From Minisyncoccia bacterium (GTDB taxonomy: Bacteria; Patescibacteriota; Minisyncoccia; Phycocordibacterales; UBA9973), in NCBI GenBank assembly GCA_041737125.1, contig JBGSSJ010000003.1, positions 15,718-79,717 of the forward strand: DNA of 64,000 bases. The letters run 5' to 3'. This document shows positions 7,813 through 17,796 of the stretch, one piece after another. The position numbers were made by a program, and so were the translations under genes. Numbering within the stretch: position 1 is the stretch's first letter; each line of letters opens with the position of its first letter. The notes beneath the pieces are model-generated. The model saw only the letters and a list, made by a program, of their open reading frames with translations, searched no databases and was not told the origin of the DNA.

Positions 7813-10356
7813 ATGCAAGATATCAATAAATATTCAAAAAAATTAGCTAGGGATTTAGCCCGTTTTTTAAATAAAACAACAAATAATATAGGTAGGTGGT
7901 TCGTAAAAACCTTTAATCTGACTTCTATAAAAAATTACTTTCTGTTCTTTCTAGGTTTGGGAATAGTGATATTGAGTATGATTCTTATTTGGGTAAGCAC
8001 ACTACAATTACCGGACTTTAAAGCCTTTAATGACCGAAAAGTTCAAAGTTCTACTAAGATATATGATCGTACCGGTGAGATAATTCTTTATGATGTTCAC
8101 CAGGACATTAAACGTACAATTATTCCATATGAAGATATGGGGGTTAATATAAAGAATGCAACGGTTGCTATAGAGGACTCTGAGTTCTACAACCATAAAG
8201 GTATAAGAATTAACGCTATTATTAGAAGTACAGTATGGGCCAAACTAACAGGAAGGAAAATTGCAGGGGGTTCTACAATAACTCAGCAGCTAATAAAAAA
8301 TACATTATTAACCCAAGAGCGTACTATTACTAGAAAAGTAAAAGAGTGGATACTGGCTATAAAACTAGAGAAAATGCTAAGTAAAGATGAGATATTGGCA
8401 CTTTACTTAAACGAAGCTCCTTATGGGGGAAACCTTTATGGTATAGAGGAAGCATCTAAAGCATTCTTCGGCAAAGGCCCTGCGGAACTTACACTGGCTG
8501 AAAGTGCATACATGGCTGCTATTCCTAACGCTCCCACAAGATACTCACCTTATGGTAAGAATAAGAAAGATTTAGATACTAGAAAGAACATAGTTCTAAA
8601 CAGGATGCTTGAACTTCAATTTATAAATCCTGATGAACACAAAAAAGCAAGAGAAGAAGTTGTAGTATTCCTACCCTACCAGCCAGCAAATATTGCGGCC
8701 CCTCATTTCGTATTTTTTATTAAAGAATACTTAGAAAATAAATATGAAACAGAGATTCTAGATAAGGGAGGACTTAAAGTTGTAACTACTATTGATTATG
8801 AATTACAGAAGAAAGCTGAAGAATCAGCTTTCAAACATGCTAAAGAGAATGAGAAGAATTGGAAAGGTGAGAATGCCTCCGTTGTGGCAATAGACCCGAA
8901 GACAGGTCAGATACTTGCTATGGTGGGTTCTCGTGACTACTTTGACAAGACTATTGATGGTAACTTCAATGTAGCTACTGCTTTACGTCAACCTGGGTCA
9001 TCTTTCAAGCCTATAGTTTATGCTCTTGCATTTAAGGAAGGCTACACAGCTGATACTGTCTTGTTCGACACTAAAACAGAATTTAACTCATCTTGTAGCC
9101 CGCTTGGAAGACCATTACCCAACAGTAGAAATGCTGACTGTTATATGCCAAATAACTATGATAATGCTTTCCGTGGACCAATGACACTTAAAAATGCCTT
9201 AGCACAATCTATTAACGTGGTCGCTGTAAAATTATCCTACTTAGTTGGTATAAAAGATTCCATCAAAATGGCTCATGATTTAGGTGTTAGTAGTCTAAAC
9301 GATCCTGATAGATATGGGTTATCTTTAGTAATAGGAGGTGGGGAGACAACACTACTTGATATGACTTCTGTTTATAGTGTATTTGCTAATGATGGTATTC
9401 GTAATCCTTACCAAGGGATACTTTCCGTAGAAGATGCAAATGGTGTAGTTCTTGAAAAATTTAAAGAGAATTCTTACCAAGTACTAGATAGCAATATAAC
9501 AAGAACTCTTTCTGATATATTATCTGACAACATAGCTCGCACACCAACTTTTGGCGCAAATTCTATTCTGATAGTGCCAGGGAAAGATGTAGCTGTGAAA
9601 ACAGGTACTACAAACAGCAATAGAGACGCGTGGACTATTGGTTACTCTCCCAATCTTGCTGTTGGTGTGTGGGTAGGTAACAATGATAATACTCCGATGG
9701 GTAAGGGTGGTGCTGCTCTTGCTGGTCCTATATGGAATGAAGTTATATCTTTTGGTTTAAGAGATAGACCGCTTGAGAATTTTGAAGAACCGGATATTAT
9801 TGACCCAAGTACCCCACCTATACTTCGTGGGTTTTGGCAAGGAGGGGAAACATTTTTTGAAAACGGTGTGGAACAATCAATAACAAATGTACATACTATA
9901 CTTTATTGGATAGATAAGAATAATCCATTTGGTGGAAAGCCTTCAAATCCAGGCAATGATCCTTTATATGAAAACTGGGAATATGGTGTACAAAAATGGT
10001 GGGAAATTAACAGGTTTAACTATAAAAATAATAATAAGCCTATTGATTATGATTTAAATCAAGGTGAAGTTGTATTACCTATTCTTACTGCAAGTGGAAT
10101 AAAAACTACCCCTTATCTAAAGAATGAGGATGTAGTGTCTTTTATACAGATAACTAATGGAGTTATTTTAAAGAAAGTAGATGTTTTCGTAAATGATACA
10201 TATCTTACTTCTATAAAAATACTTCCACATAATCTTACCTTTACCCCAGCAGAAGTGGATAATATATCGGGCGAGAATACTCTACGTATTATAGGATACG
10301 ATCAAAGAGGTAATAGTGGTGAAGTAACACAGACATTTCTAGTTAGTGATATTTAA
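7813..10356 (+). CDS. Class A penicillin-binding protein (bifunctional GT51 glycosyltransferase / transpeptidase, PBP1A type) with a ~150 aa C-terminal extension
   Basis: 847 aa. N-terminal TM. GT51 motifs EDSEFYNHKGI and GGSTITQQL. Transpeptidase motifs SSFKP (SxxK), SIN (SxN) and KTGT. Confidence 0.9.
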   Translation: MQDINKYSKKLARDLARFLNKTTNNIGRWFVKTFNLTSIKNYFLFFLGLGIVILSMILIWVSTLQLPDFKAFNDRKVQSSTKIYDRTGEIILYDVHQDIKRTIIPYEDMGVNIKNATVAIEDSEFYNHKGIRINAIIRSTVWAKLTGRKIAGGSTITQQLIKNTLLTQERTITRKVKEWILAIKLEKMLSKDEILALYLNEAPYGGNLYGIEEASKAFFGKGPAELTLAESAYMAAIPNAPTRYSPYGKNKKDLDTRKNIVLNRMLELQFINPDEHKKAREEVVVFLPYQPANIAAPHFVFFIKEYLENKYETEILDKGGLKVVTTIDYELQKKAEESAFKHAKENEKNWKGENASVVAIDPKTGQILAMVGSRDYFDKTIDGNFNVATALRQPGSSFKPIVYALAFKEGYTADTVLFDTKTEFNSSCSPLGRPLPNSRNADCYMPNNYDNAFRGPMTLKNALAQSINVVAVKLSYLVGIKDSIKMAHDLGVSSLNDPDRYGLSLVIGGGETTLLDMTSVYSVFANDGIRNPYQGILSVEDANGVVLEKFKENSYQVLDSNITRTLSDILSDNIARTPTFGANSILIVPGKDVAVKTGTTNSNRDAWTIGYSPNLAVGVWVGNNDNTPMGKGGAALAGPIWNEVISFGLRDRPLENFEEPDIIDPSTPPILRGFWQGGETFFENGVEQSITNVHTILYWIDKNNPFGGKPSNPGNDPLYENWEYGVQKWWEINRFNYKNNNKPIDYDLNQGEVVLPILTASGIKTTPYLKNEDVVSFIQITNGVILKKVDVFVNDTYLTSIKILPHNLTFTPAEVDNISGENTLRIIGYDQRGNSGEVTQTFLVSDI

Positions 10357-10616
10357 TTTATATCTTTAAAATTTTTGTCTAAAAGTAAATCTTTTAGATC
10401 TTTCAAAATACCTTCTTTATGAATTAAAATTTCATTTTTAATTATAGGAGAACTTTGTATGGTTATAATACTGCCTTTAATTTTAATTAATTTTACATTT
10501 ATAACTAAACCAATATGTCGCTCAACAATACTAGCAATAATTTCGTAATACTCTCTGTTTTTAAAGAGGTTTTTCTTGATACCCGAGAGAAAACTAGAGA
10601 TGTGGTTATAATCCAT
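10353..10616 (-). CDS. Small DUF721 (DciA-like)-type protein downstream of dnaN
   Basis: 87 aa. Position immediately 3' of dnaN matches the usual placement of this family; weak pattern match only (IGLVINVKLIKIKGSIITIQSSPIIKNEILIHKEGIL). Confidence 0.35.
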   Translation of the reverse strand: MDYNHISSFLSGIKKNLFKNREYYEIIASIVERHIGLVINVKLIKIKGSIITIQSSPIIKNEILIHKEGILKDLKDLLLDKNFKDIN

Positions 10617-10617
10617 A

Positions 10618-11715
10618 TTACCTATTCATTGGCATTATTAGATACATAAAAGAAGCATCCCCTACTGGTTTTATTATCATAGGCTTATTATTACCATTTA
10701 GTTGTAAATTTAAACTATCAGCTCCTATGGACTGGAAGCAATCTATTATATATTTATAATTAAAATTAGCGGATACATTTTCTCCAGAGAGTGCACCTGA
10801 CATAAAAGTGGTATTTTCTCCTACATCTATATTCTTAGCTTCAATTTCAAAAACTTTTTCTATTGGTTTTACTGTGATCGTTATCTGATTAAATTTATCT
10901 GAAAATATATTAGATACTTTTAGGGAAGATATAAATTCTTGTTTCAAAACAACTGCTTCTGTCAGCGCTGTTTTAGGAATTATTAATTTGTAGTCAGGGA
11001 AATTTCCATCGACAACCCTTGAAGTAAGGTATGTATCGCTGGTTGAAAAAGATATTTGGTTATTTTGTAGTGTTATATTTATATCTTCATCAATACTCTC
11101 AAAAACTTTCATTATCTCTGTTGTATTTTTATAAGGTATGAGTATTCCAGTAAAAGATAATTTTTGTTTTATTTTAATTTTCTTCTCTGCTAACCTAAAT
11201 GAGTCTGTTGATACAAAAACTAACATATCGTCTTCTGGGTATATATAAACACTACCTATTTCTGGTTTTATCTCAGAAATTGATGCACTATAATAAACAG
11301 ATTTCAAACCTTCTATTAGTTTTTTACTAGGTAAAATAAAACTATCCCCTTTAATTATAGGTATAGTAGGAAAATCCTCATAAGGTGTGCTTTTAAGTAA
11401 TATTGTGTTTGATTTAGTTTTAACAGATAAATTATTATTTATTAATTCAAAGGACACATTTCCATCCCCTGATAGTACAGAGAAGAGAGATGATAATATA
11501 TCTCCCCTAATAGCAACAATACCTTCTTTCTCTATTTTTGCAGGAATTTTAATTTCAATACCAATACTAAGATTTGTTGCTCTTAATTTTAATGTTTTCT
11601 CTGTTGCGATCCATAGTATAGAACTAAGTACAGGTAATGTAAGATTCTTACCAGTTAATCGATCAACCGATATTAACGCATTCTTTATTTTATTTATAGA
11701 GCATTCTATTTTCAT
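10618..11715 (-). CDS. dnaN: DNA polymerase III beta sliding clamp
   Basis: 365 aa, three-domain length. N-terminus MKIECSINKIKNALISVDRLTGKNLTLPVLSSILW is typical. Located directly downstream of dnaA. Confidence 0.88.
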   Translation of the reverse strand: MKIECSINKIKNALISVDRLTGKNLTLPVLSSILWIATEKTLKLRATNLSIGIEIKIPAKIEKEGIVAIRGDILSSLFSVLSGDGNVSFELINNNLSVKTKSNTILLKSTPYEDFPTIPIIKGDSFILPSKKLIEGLKSVYYSASISEIKPEIGSVYIYPEDDMLVFVSTDSFRLAEKKIKIKQKLSFTGILIPYKNTTEIMKVFESIDEDINITLQNNQISFSTSDTYLTSRVVDGNFPDYKLIIPKTALTEAVVLKQEFISSLKVSNIFSDKFNQITITVKPIEKVFEIEAKNIDVGENTTFMSGALSGENVSANFNYKYIIDCFQSIGADSLNLQLNGNNKPMIIKPVGDASFMYLIMPMNR

Positions 11716-11921
11716 ATTGTTTATATTATCTATTAATAATTTATTATTACTACTATGGCTGTTGATATGTGGATTAAATTTAAAACGATGTTTATTAATA
11801 CTATTTTAAGGAATATAAAATTTTAACTATTTTTTAAAATCTTATAATCAAACATAATTTATTAAAATTAAAAGTTTTCCCCACTTTCATTTTTCTATAA
11901 ACACATCTTATCCACATACTT
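11716..11921. promoter_or_regulatory. oriC-type region in the dnaA-dnaN intergenic region: perfect DnaA box TTATCCACA (11908-11916), a near-consensus box (tgtggatta, ~11768-11776) and a very AT-rich unwinding-element-like tract
   Basis: Read directly; conserved rpmH-dnaA-dnaN origin context. Confidence 0.6.
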
Positions 11922-13286
11922 TTACTTAAACATAATTCTAATCTTTTCTATTTCTTGTAATAAAGAAGGGTCGGTTTTTAAATCATCTCTTATTTTTAAA
12001 TGGGAATGGATTACTGTTGTGTGATCCCGACCACCTAGCTTCTGCCCTATTAATGGATAAGAGATATTAAAGTCTTCTCTTAGCACATACATAGCTACTT
12101 GACGAGCTCTTACTATTTCCTTTCTTCTAGTCTTCTCGTATATTATTTCTTCTGAAATTCCATAATGGTCTGCGATTATACGAACTATATCTTTGATTGC
12201 TACGGTTTTTTTCGGTTTAATATTGTTTTTAATTAATGCCTTTACTTCAACAAGACCCAATGATTTATTTTTAAGTTGAGATTGGCATATAATAGTGTTC
12301 AGACTACCCTCTAATTCACGTATATTACCCTCTAGGGCTTGCGCTAGGTAATCAACGACATCTTCTGTCGCAATACAGTTTGTAGACTCAAATTTAGCCT
12401 TTATGATAGCAACACGCGATTCATAATCCGGCTCAACTATCTGTACTGTCATACCAGATGCGAACCTTGATTGTAGTCTATCTTCTAATCCTTGGATAAA
12501 GTTAGGGTGTTTGTCTGAAGAAAAGATAATTTGTTTATTACTTTCGTAAAGTGTATTAAACAAATGGAATAATTCTTCCTGTGTTTTGTCCTTACCAGAA
12601 ATAAATTGTATATCATCCATGATAATTACATCGTATTTTCTGTACTTTTCTTTGAAAGCATTTGGGTTTTTATTTTGTATTGAGTTTATATAATCTATAG
12701 CGAAACGCTCAAGACTGACATAGTAGACTCTTTTATTTGGATACTTTATTTTTATTGTATTCCCTATTGCTTGTATCATATGTGTCTTACCTAAACCAGT
12801 ACCACCATATATAAAGAAAGGATTATAGTTTTGACCAGGGTTTGTGATAATAGCTTGAGCAACAGCGTAAGCAAGTTCGTTAAAAGGACCCACTATAAAT
12901 GAATTGAATGTGTACTTAGGGTTTAGATTATCATCTTTGTTTAGATATAAATCATTTAAAGGAAGTTCTTTGTTTATGCTTATCTTAGTAGTAGGAGCTT
13001 CTGTTTTATCGTTTGATTTAGCTTGTTGATCATATTTATGTATTATGTACTCTATATTTCTTACACCTTCTTCGTGGCTTATTAGTGTTTTTAGTATAAG
13101 TTTATGAAATTTATTATATAACCAGTCTTTTACAAATTCATTAGGTACCCCTATGTACAAGGTACCAGTGTCCTCTTTTACAATAGATGTGTTCTTAAAC
13201 CACGTAGTAAAATTAGCCTTAGATATACTTAACTCAATTTCAGACAAACAATTATTCCAAAGCTCTTTTGTGTTCATAGTGCGCAT
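11922..13286 (-). CDS. dnaA: Chromosomal replication initiator DnaA
   Basis: 454 aa. Walker A GGTGLGKTHMIQAIGN, Walker B VIIMDDIQFISGK, and the C-terminal DNA-binding signature GGRDHTTVIHSHLKI. Confidence 0.95.
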   Translation of the reverse strand: MRTMNTKELWNNCLSEIELSISKANFTTWFKNTSIVKEDTGTLYIGVPNEFVKDWLYNKFHKLILKTLISHEEGVRNIEYIIHKYDQQAKSNDKTEAPTTKISINKELPLNDLYLNKDDNLNPKYTFNSFIVGPFNELAYAVAQAIITNPGQNYNPFFIYGGTGLGKTHMIQAIGNTIKIKYPNKRVYYVSLERFAIDYINSIQNKNPNAFKEKYRKYDVIIMDDIQFISGKDKTQEELFHLFNTLYESNKQIIFSSDKHPNFIQGLEDRLQSRFASGMTVQIVEPDYESRVAIIKAKFESTNCIATEDVVDYLAQALEGNIRELEGSLNTIICQSQLKNKSLGLVEVKALIKNNIKPKKTVAIKDIVRIIADHYGISEEIIYEKTRRKEIVRARQVAMYVLREDFNISYPLIGQKLGGRDHTTVIHSHLKIRDDLKTDPSLLQEIEKIRIMFK

Positions 13287-13410
13287 TATACTATTTTTTA
13301 AAGTTGGCCCATAATTTAATACCTGGATTAACCTGTGAACAATGTGTGGATATGTTTATAACCATAGAAACATTGCATTATTCTTGATTATAGTATATAT
13401 TTTCTTTATG
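13287..13410. promoter_or_regulatory. Divergent rpmH/dnaA promoter region carrying a DnaA box (tgtggatat at 13346-13354, the reverse complement of ATATCCACA)
   Basis: Read directly. Confidence 0.5.
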
Positions 13411-13548
13411 TCTCAAACATACCAACCAAATAAAAGAAAAAGAGCCAAAACACACGGTTTTTTGGTAAGAGCTAAAACTCCAGGTGGTAAAAGGGTTACT
13501 CAAGCTCGTCGCCGCAAGGGTCGTGCAAAAGTTTCTATTAAGAAATAG
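13411..13548 (+). CDS. rpmH: 50S ribosomal protein L34
   Basis: [46 protein letters not shown] matches the L34 family. The tracked ORF 13342..13548 has a spurious N-terminal extension. Confidence 0.9.
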   Translation, partial: SQTYQPNKRKRAKTHGFLVRAKTPGGKRVTQARRRKGRAKVSIKK

Positions 13549-13559
13549 TAGCAAAAGCT

Positions 13560-13880
13560 ATGCTTTCAAAGAAAAAAAGAGTCACAAAACAACTTTTCCT
13601 AGATATAATGAAAAATGGGAAAGTTATAAATGACCCTTTTTTTCTTTTTAGGTATGTAAAGTCAGGGAACCCTCAATATGCTGTAGTAGCACCTAAAAGT
13701 GTTGCAAAACAAGCAGTTTCAAGGAATAAATTACGTCGCCAGGGTTACTACGTATTTAATCAATACACCAAACTACCCTCAATTTCGGGCATATTTTTTT
13801 ATAAAAAAGAAGCAAAAAATATAGATTTTAAGGATATAAAGAAGAGCATATACTCTGTTCTTGGTAAAATAAACCCATAA
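13560..13880 (+). CDS. rnpA: RNase P protein component
   Basis: 106 aa, basic. Contains the AVVAPKSVAKQAVSRNKLRRQ motif. Sits immediately after rpmH. Confidence 0.85.
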   Translation: MLSKKKRVTKQLFLDIMKNGKVINDPFFLFRYVKSGNPQYAVVAPKSVAKQAVSRNKLRRQGYYVFNQYTKLPSISGIFFYKKEAKNIDFKDIKKSIYSVLGKINP

Positions 13881-13883
13881 AAT

Positions 13884-14090
13884 ATGGATAAAATGTTAGT
13901 TAGATTAATAAATATTTACCAGAAAACACCCACAAAAATGCATTATTCTTGTGTTTTCTTGCCCACATGTTCTGAGTACACCAAAGAAGCCATAATAAAA
14001 TATGGCAGCTTAAAAGGGGTATATCTCGGTATTAGGAGGATTTTGCGTTGCCACCCATGGCAGAAAAACCATTACGACCCATTAATATAA
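13884..14090 (+). CDS. yidD: Membrane protein insertion efficiency factor YidD
   Basis: 68 aa. CVFLPTCSEYTKEAIIKYG...RILRCHPW matches the YidD C-x-F-x-P-x-CS-x-Y signature. Confidence 0.85.
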   Translation: MDKMLVRLINIYQKTPTKMHYSCVFLPTCSEYTKEAIIKYGSLKGVYLGIRRILRCHPWQKNHYDPLI

Positions 14091-14152
14091 GAATATTTAA
14101 ATATTTCTGCCAAAATTTTCTTGTTTACCCATAATTCTGCTACAATAGAGAA

Positions 14153-14896
14153 ATGCAATCATTATGGAACACAATTTTCTACGAGCCCATTTACAATGGT
14201 CTCATTTTTATTATAAATAATATAACTTTCGGAGATGTCGGTTTTGGTATTATTATACTTACCATTATAGTTAAATTCATCCTATTCCCTCTTACAAAGA
14301 AGTCTATTAAAAGTCAGATTTTAATGAAAAAGGTTGAGCCAGAACTCAAGAAGCTAAAAAAAGATTTTCCAAACAAAGAAGAACAAGCAAAGAAAACATT
14401 TGAACTATATAAAAAGTACGGAGTTAATCCATTCTCAGGATGTTTGGTTTTATTACTTCAGCTCCCTGTGATATTTGCCCTATACTATGTTTTCTATAAA
14501 GGGTTATCTATTGAAACAGGACCACTATATTCTTTCATCCAGAACCCAATTGAGATGACTACAAATTTTTTGGGTATTTTTGATCTACATGCCAAAAGCA
14601 TAGTACTTGCTCTACTTGCAGGTATAACTCAATTCATTCAAGGTTACTTGGCACACCCTGCGAAGCCTAAAGTAGAAGTGGTAAAGTCTATGTCAGAGCC
14701 AGAGCCTAAAACTTTCCAAGATCAAATGTCAGAAAGTATGCAATTAAATATAAAATATTTCTTACCAGTTTTTGTGGCCATTATTGCTTATACTATATCA
14801 GCAGCAGTTGCATTATATTGGATTACAAGTAATATATTTACTATAGCTCAAGAATGGCATGTAAGAAGGTCTCTCGCTCGCCAAAATATCATATAA
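14153..14896 (+). CDS. yidC: YidC/Oxa1-family membrane protein insertase (short Gram-positive type)
   Basis: 247 aa with multiple TM helices; operon position rpmH-rnpA-yidD-yidC-jag. Confidence 0.85.
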   Translation: MQSLWNTIFYEPIYNGLIFIINNITFGDVGFGIIILTIIVKFILFPLTKKSIKSQILMKKVEPELKKLKKDFPNKEEQAKKTFELYKKYGVNPFSGCLVLLLQLPVIFALYYVFYKGLSIETGPLYSFIQNPIEMTTNFLGIFDLHAKSIVLALLAGITQFIQGYLAHPAKPKVEVVKSMSEPEPKTFQDQMSESMQLNIKYFLPVFVAIIAYTISAAVALYWITSNIFTIAQEWHVRRSLARQNII

Positions 14897-14903
14897 AACC
14901 CTT

Positions 14904-15365
14904 ATGAATCAAGACCAAATCAAAACTATAATCGAAGATATATTCAAACACACAGCATGTACTATTTCCAAATGCGAATTTTCTGAAGAAGGAAATATGT
15001 TGTGGTGTCATATAGATACACCAGACTCTCGCTTCATGATTGGTCGTGATGGTGAGACATTGCGCTCACTCAATCACCTTGTGCGTATGATGGTGGAGAA
15101 GAATATGACACCAGAAGAGACAAACAAAATTTTTATTGATATAAATGGATACCAAAAGAAAAGATTTGATAGCCTAAAGACCATCGCTCACATGATGGCT
15201 GAGCGTGCTCGATACTTCAAAAGTAATATAGAGATAGACCCTATGCCTGCATATGAGAGGCGAATAGTACACATGTTCTTAGAAGGATCCCCAGATATAA
15301 AAACAGAATCAGAAGGCTATGGACCAAACAGACGTGTAGTTATAAAATACGTAAATAATAGTTAG
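14904..15365 (+). CDS. jag: Jag/KhpB-like RNA-binding protein (KH + R3H)
   Basis: 153 aa. C-terminal R3H motif (YERRIVHMFL); conserved position after yidC. Confidence 0.8.
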   Translation: MNQDQIKTIIEDIFKHTACTISKCEFSEEGNMLWCHIDTPDSRFMIGRDGETLRSLNHLVRMMVEKNMTPEETNKIFIDINGYQKKRFDSLKTIAHMMAERARYFKSNIEIDPMPAYERRIVHMFLEGSPDIKTESEGYGPNRRVVIKYVNNS

Positions 15366-15427
15366 TACCTGCCTGCCGGTAGGCAGGATTACCTCAGATC
15401 AAGATTCCACAGTGTGGAATCTTTTTT
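15364..15427 (+). terminator. Two consecutive hairpins after jag: cctgcctgccggtaggcagg (15370-15389) and gattccacagtgtggaatc followed by T6 (15403-15427)
   Basis: Read directly. The second is a canonical intrinsic terminator. The first belongs to a recurring CCTGCCT-hairpin motif (see findings). Confidence 0.6.
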
Positions 15428-16714
15428 GTTTATGAAGAATATTTGCTCACCATTTTTATCCAAGAATAATTTAGTAGCATCTACTGACTCACTACTATAA
15501 GAATCGATATTTGTATTTTCTCCAGTCTTGGCATCAATCATTACAAAATTATCATCGAAAGAAACTAATCCTTGATACCAATTATCAGGCTGACTGCCGT
15601 CTATATTACTAGGAATGGCACAATATATTGTTACATTGTCTATATCCCAAACACACTTTTCTGGCAGAGAGTAAAGATTCAAATCCACAACACTCCTGTC
15701 TTTGGTATTAAATACATTTAATCTAGGTATACCAGAGAGTGATGAGCTGTATAGAATAAGAGAACCGTCATTACTTGCAAGTGTCGTCAATCCTTTAATT
15801 TCACCGAAAACTTTAGACAGTGTCCCATTTGCTGTATTTAAGCTGAAGATACTACCATTAACCCCTGAAGAAGCCTTAGTTGTGAGGAATATCTTATTAT
15901 TCCCTACCCACTGTGCTATCCACTCAGTGTACGGCGAGGCGAAGACTTGGGAGGACTTAGTTTCATTAAAAGACCGGATTGTGCCAGTAACACCACTACC
16001 AGACTTCGTAATATAAAAGTATCTATTTTTCTCTGGGGAAACTGCTATGTTTATAATATTTGATGGCAAGAATTCACTTTTTGTAGAGCCTAGCGATGCG
16101 ATGAAGCTACTAATAGAATTATTGTCAGCCGATAGATATCTATAAATTACTGATTTTGCGCTACCATCAAATATAACTTCATAAATACTTGGTATAGTCG
16201 AGTTCGATACTTTGCCTGATACTTTTGTATCTAGATACATCTGAAATATGTGCCCTGTGGCACGCTCTACGTATCTGATAGATGGAACAACTTCAAACTT
16301 GGGAGCTGTAGGCTTCGTAGCTTTAATAGTAGTTTTATTTATGACCGGTGGGGTGGTTTCACCGCCTTCTTTGACTTCTGTTGCGACAACAGCCTCAGGG
16401 ATGATTCTGGTGTCATCAAAGTAAGTAGCACCAGCTACTGCGAACTCTGTAATCTTGTGGAATTTCTGGCTTGCCTCGGGTTCTTTTACTAACTCACCAC
16501 GAGGAATATCCTCTGTTGGTGTTTCTATTTCTTCTCCCTCTATTTCTGTCTCTACGTCTTCACTTCCAAAAGGATTAAATATACTGTAGTCGGACTTCGG
16601 AGCCTCCCCTGTTGTATTAGTAGTCGTTTGATTCTTGTAATAGTAAAAACCAAACATCGCTCCACCGACGAGTATGAATACAGTTATGAAAATAATTATT
16701 GTTTTTCGAGGCAT
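15389..16714 (-). CDS. Hypothetical secreted protein (N-terminal signal anchor, large extracytoplasmic domain)
   Basis: 441 aa. N-terminal TM (IIIFITVFILVGGAMFGFYYY). Ser/Thr/Asn-rich. No catalytic motif recognised. Confidence 0.55.
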   Translation of the reverse strand: MPRKTIIIFITVFILVGGAMFGFYYYKNQTTTNTTGEAPKSDYSIFNPFGSEDVETEIEGEEIETPTEDIPRGELVKEPEASQKFHKITEFAVAGATYFDDTRIIPEAVVATEVKEGGETTPPVINKTTIKATKPTAPKFEVVPSIRYVERATGHIFQMYLDTKVSGKVSNSTIPSIYEVIFDGSAKSVIYRYLSADNNSISSFIASLGSTKSEFLPSNIINIAVSPEKNRYFYITKSGSGVTGTIRSFNETKSSQVFASPYTEWIAQWVGNNKIFLTTKASSGVNGSIFSLNTANGTLSKVFGEIKGLTTLASNDGSLILYSSSLSGIPRLNVFNTKDRSVVDLNLYSLPEKCVWDIDNVTIYCAIPSNIDGSQPDNWYQGLVSFDDNFVMIDAKTGENTNIDSYSSESVDATKLFLDKNGEQIFFINKKDSTLWNLDLR

Positions 16715-16761
16715 ATAATTTAGTTTATCTCACCTTTTTTATTGATTCATTTATTTGTTAA

Positions 16762-17754
16762 TTATATACTTAATCTTATTTGGCCACTTGCACTTTGGAA
16801 GTATGTGCTCATATTTTCCATTACTAACCTGATGGTAGCATACCCACCTCTAGAATTTGGGCGGACAGTAAGCTCTGTTTTCTTCGAAGGAGTATCTATG
16901 GCTTTATTATTTATCTGCCAGTTATATGTGAACCGAGATTCATTACCCACCACACCGAGGAAGTAAGGCACAGCTACGACTGTCATCTCTTCTTTCTCCA
17001 TATAAGTCCCATCTGTTAATGCAGAATTATACATGATGCCTTCAGTTGGGGACTTCTCGTAGAAGACAATCTTCGGATCCGTCATCGGTATGTTCACTGT
17101 CTTTGTCGCATTATAAGATCCATCTATAGAGGACACGGTGACTGTGATGCTGTCACTACTATTCATCTCACTATTGGTAAATACATAAGAATCTTTCCCA
17201 TAACCCGAAGCATTTGGTACTGTCTTGCCATTATTCTTCCATGTGTAGGTTAGATTCTTATTAGATTTGATAGAACTATTGTTCGGTATAGCTACTACAC
17301 GAATTAAGCTCTCGGATGAAGGGAAAGATTTACCTTTATAGAATGGTGGCGTGTATGCACTGACACCCTCCCAAAGTAGCTCTATATCAGTAGGGCTTAT
17401 AACTATCTGCTTCGTAATCTTAGATAGTGACCCATATGGAGTAATGGATATCTTGATAATTGTACTAGTATTTGGCCCCAATGCTTTGAAGGAGTAGCTT
17501 GTGCGACCTATACCAGAGAGCACTATACTTGATCCACTCTGCCACTCTATCTGAGCCTTGTTCAAGTCCGCCCCATAACTCTTCAGATTAATAGTGACGT
17601 TCTGGTATGGCTCAGGATTAGCGGGCACTGTGGTCGCTTCTATGTCGTAATCTTGTATTTGGAGCTCATCTATGGCTACACCTAGTTTCGGTAAAGATAC
17701 TACGACAAGTAGTATGATTAGTATAAAAAGGAGTTTTATTTGAGATTTCATCAC
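16762..17754 (-). CDS. Hypothetical secreted protein
   Basis: 330 aa. Signal peptide (MMKSQIKLLFILIILLVVVSLPKLGVA). Ser/Thr/Asn-rich with a beta-rich composition. Confidence 0.55.
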   Translation of the reverse strand: MMKSQIKLLFILIILLVVVSLPKLGVAIDELQIQDYDIEATTVPANPEPYQNVTINLKSYGADLNKAQIEWQSGSSIVLSGIGRTSYSFKALGPNTSTIIKISITPYGSLSKITKQIVISPTDIELLWEGVSAYTPPFYKGKSFPSSESLIRVVAIPNNSSIKSNKNLTYTWKNNGKTVPNASGYGKDSYVFTNSEMNSSDSITVTVSSIDGSYNATKTVNIPMTDPKIVFYEKSPTEGIMYNSALTDGTYMEKEEMTVVAVPYFLGVVGNESRFTYNWQINNKAIDTPSKKTELTVRPNSRGGYATIRLVMENMSTYFQSASGQIRLSI

Positions 17755-17796
17755 CCTTATATTATATGATAATTAAGGGTTATTAACAAACTAAAT

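Noticed and set aside
11387-11809. 140 aa plus-strand ORF overlapping the dnaN start and the oriC spacer
   Set aside because: Antisense to dnaN, hydrophobic low-complexity translation, and it runs through the DnaA-box/AT-rich origin region
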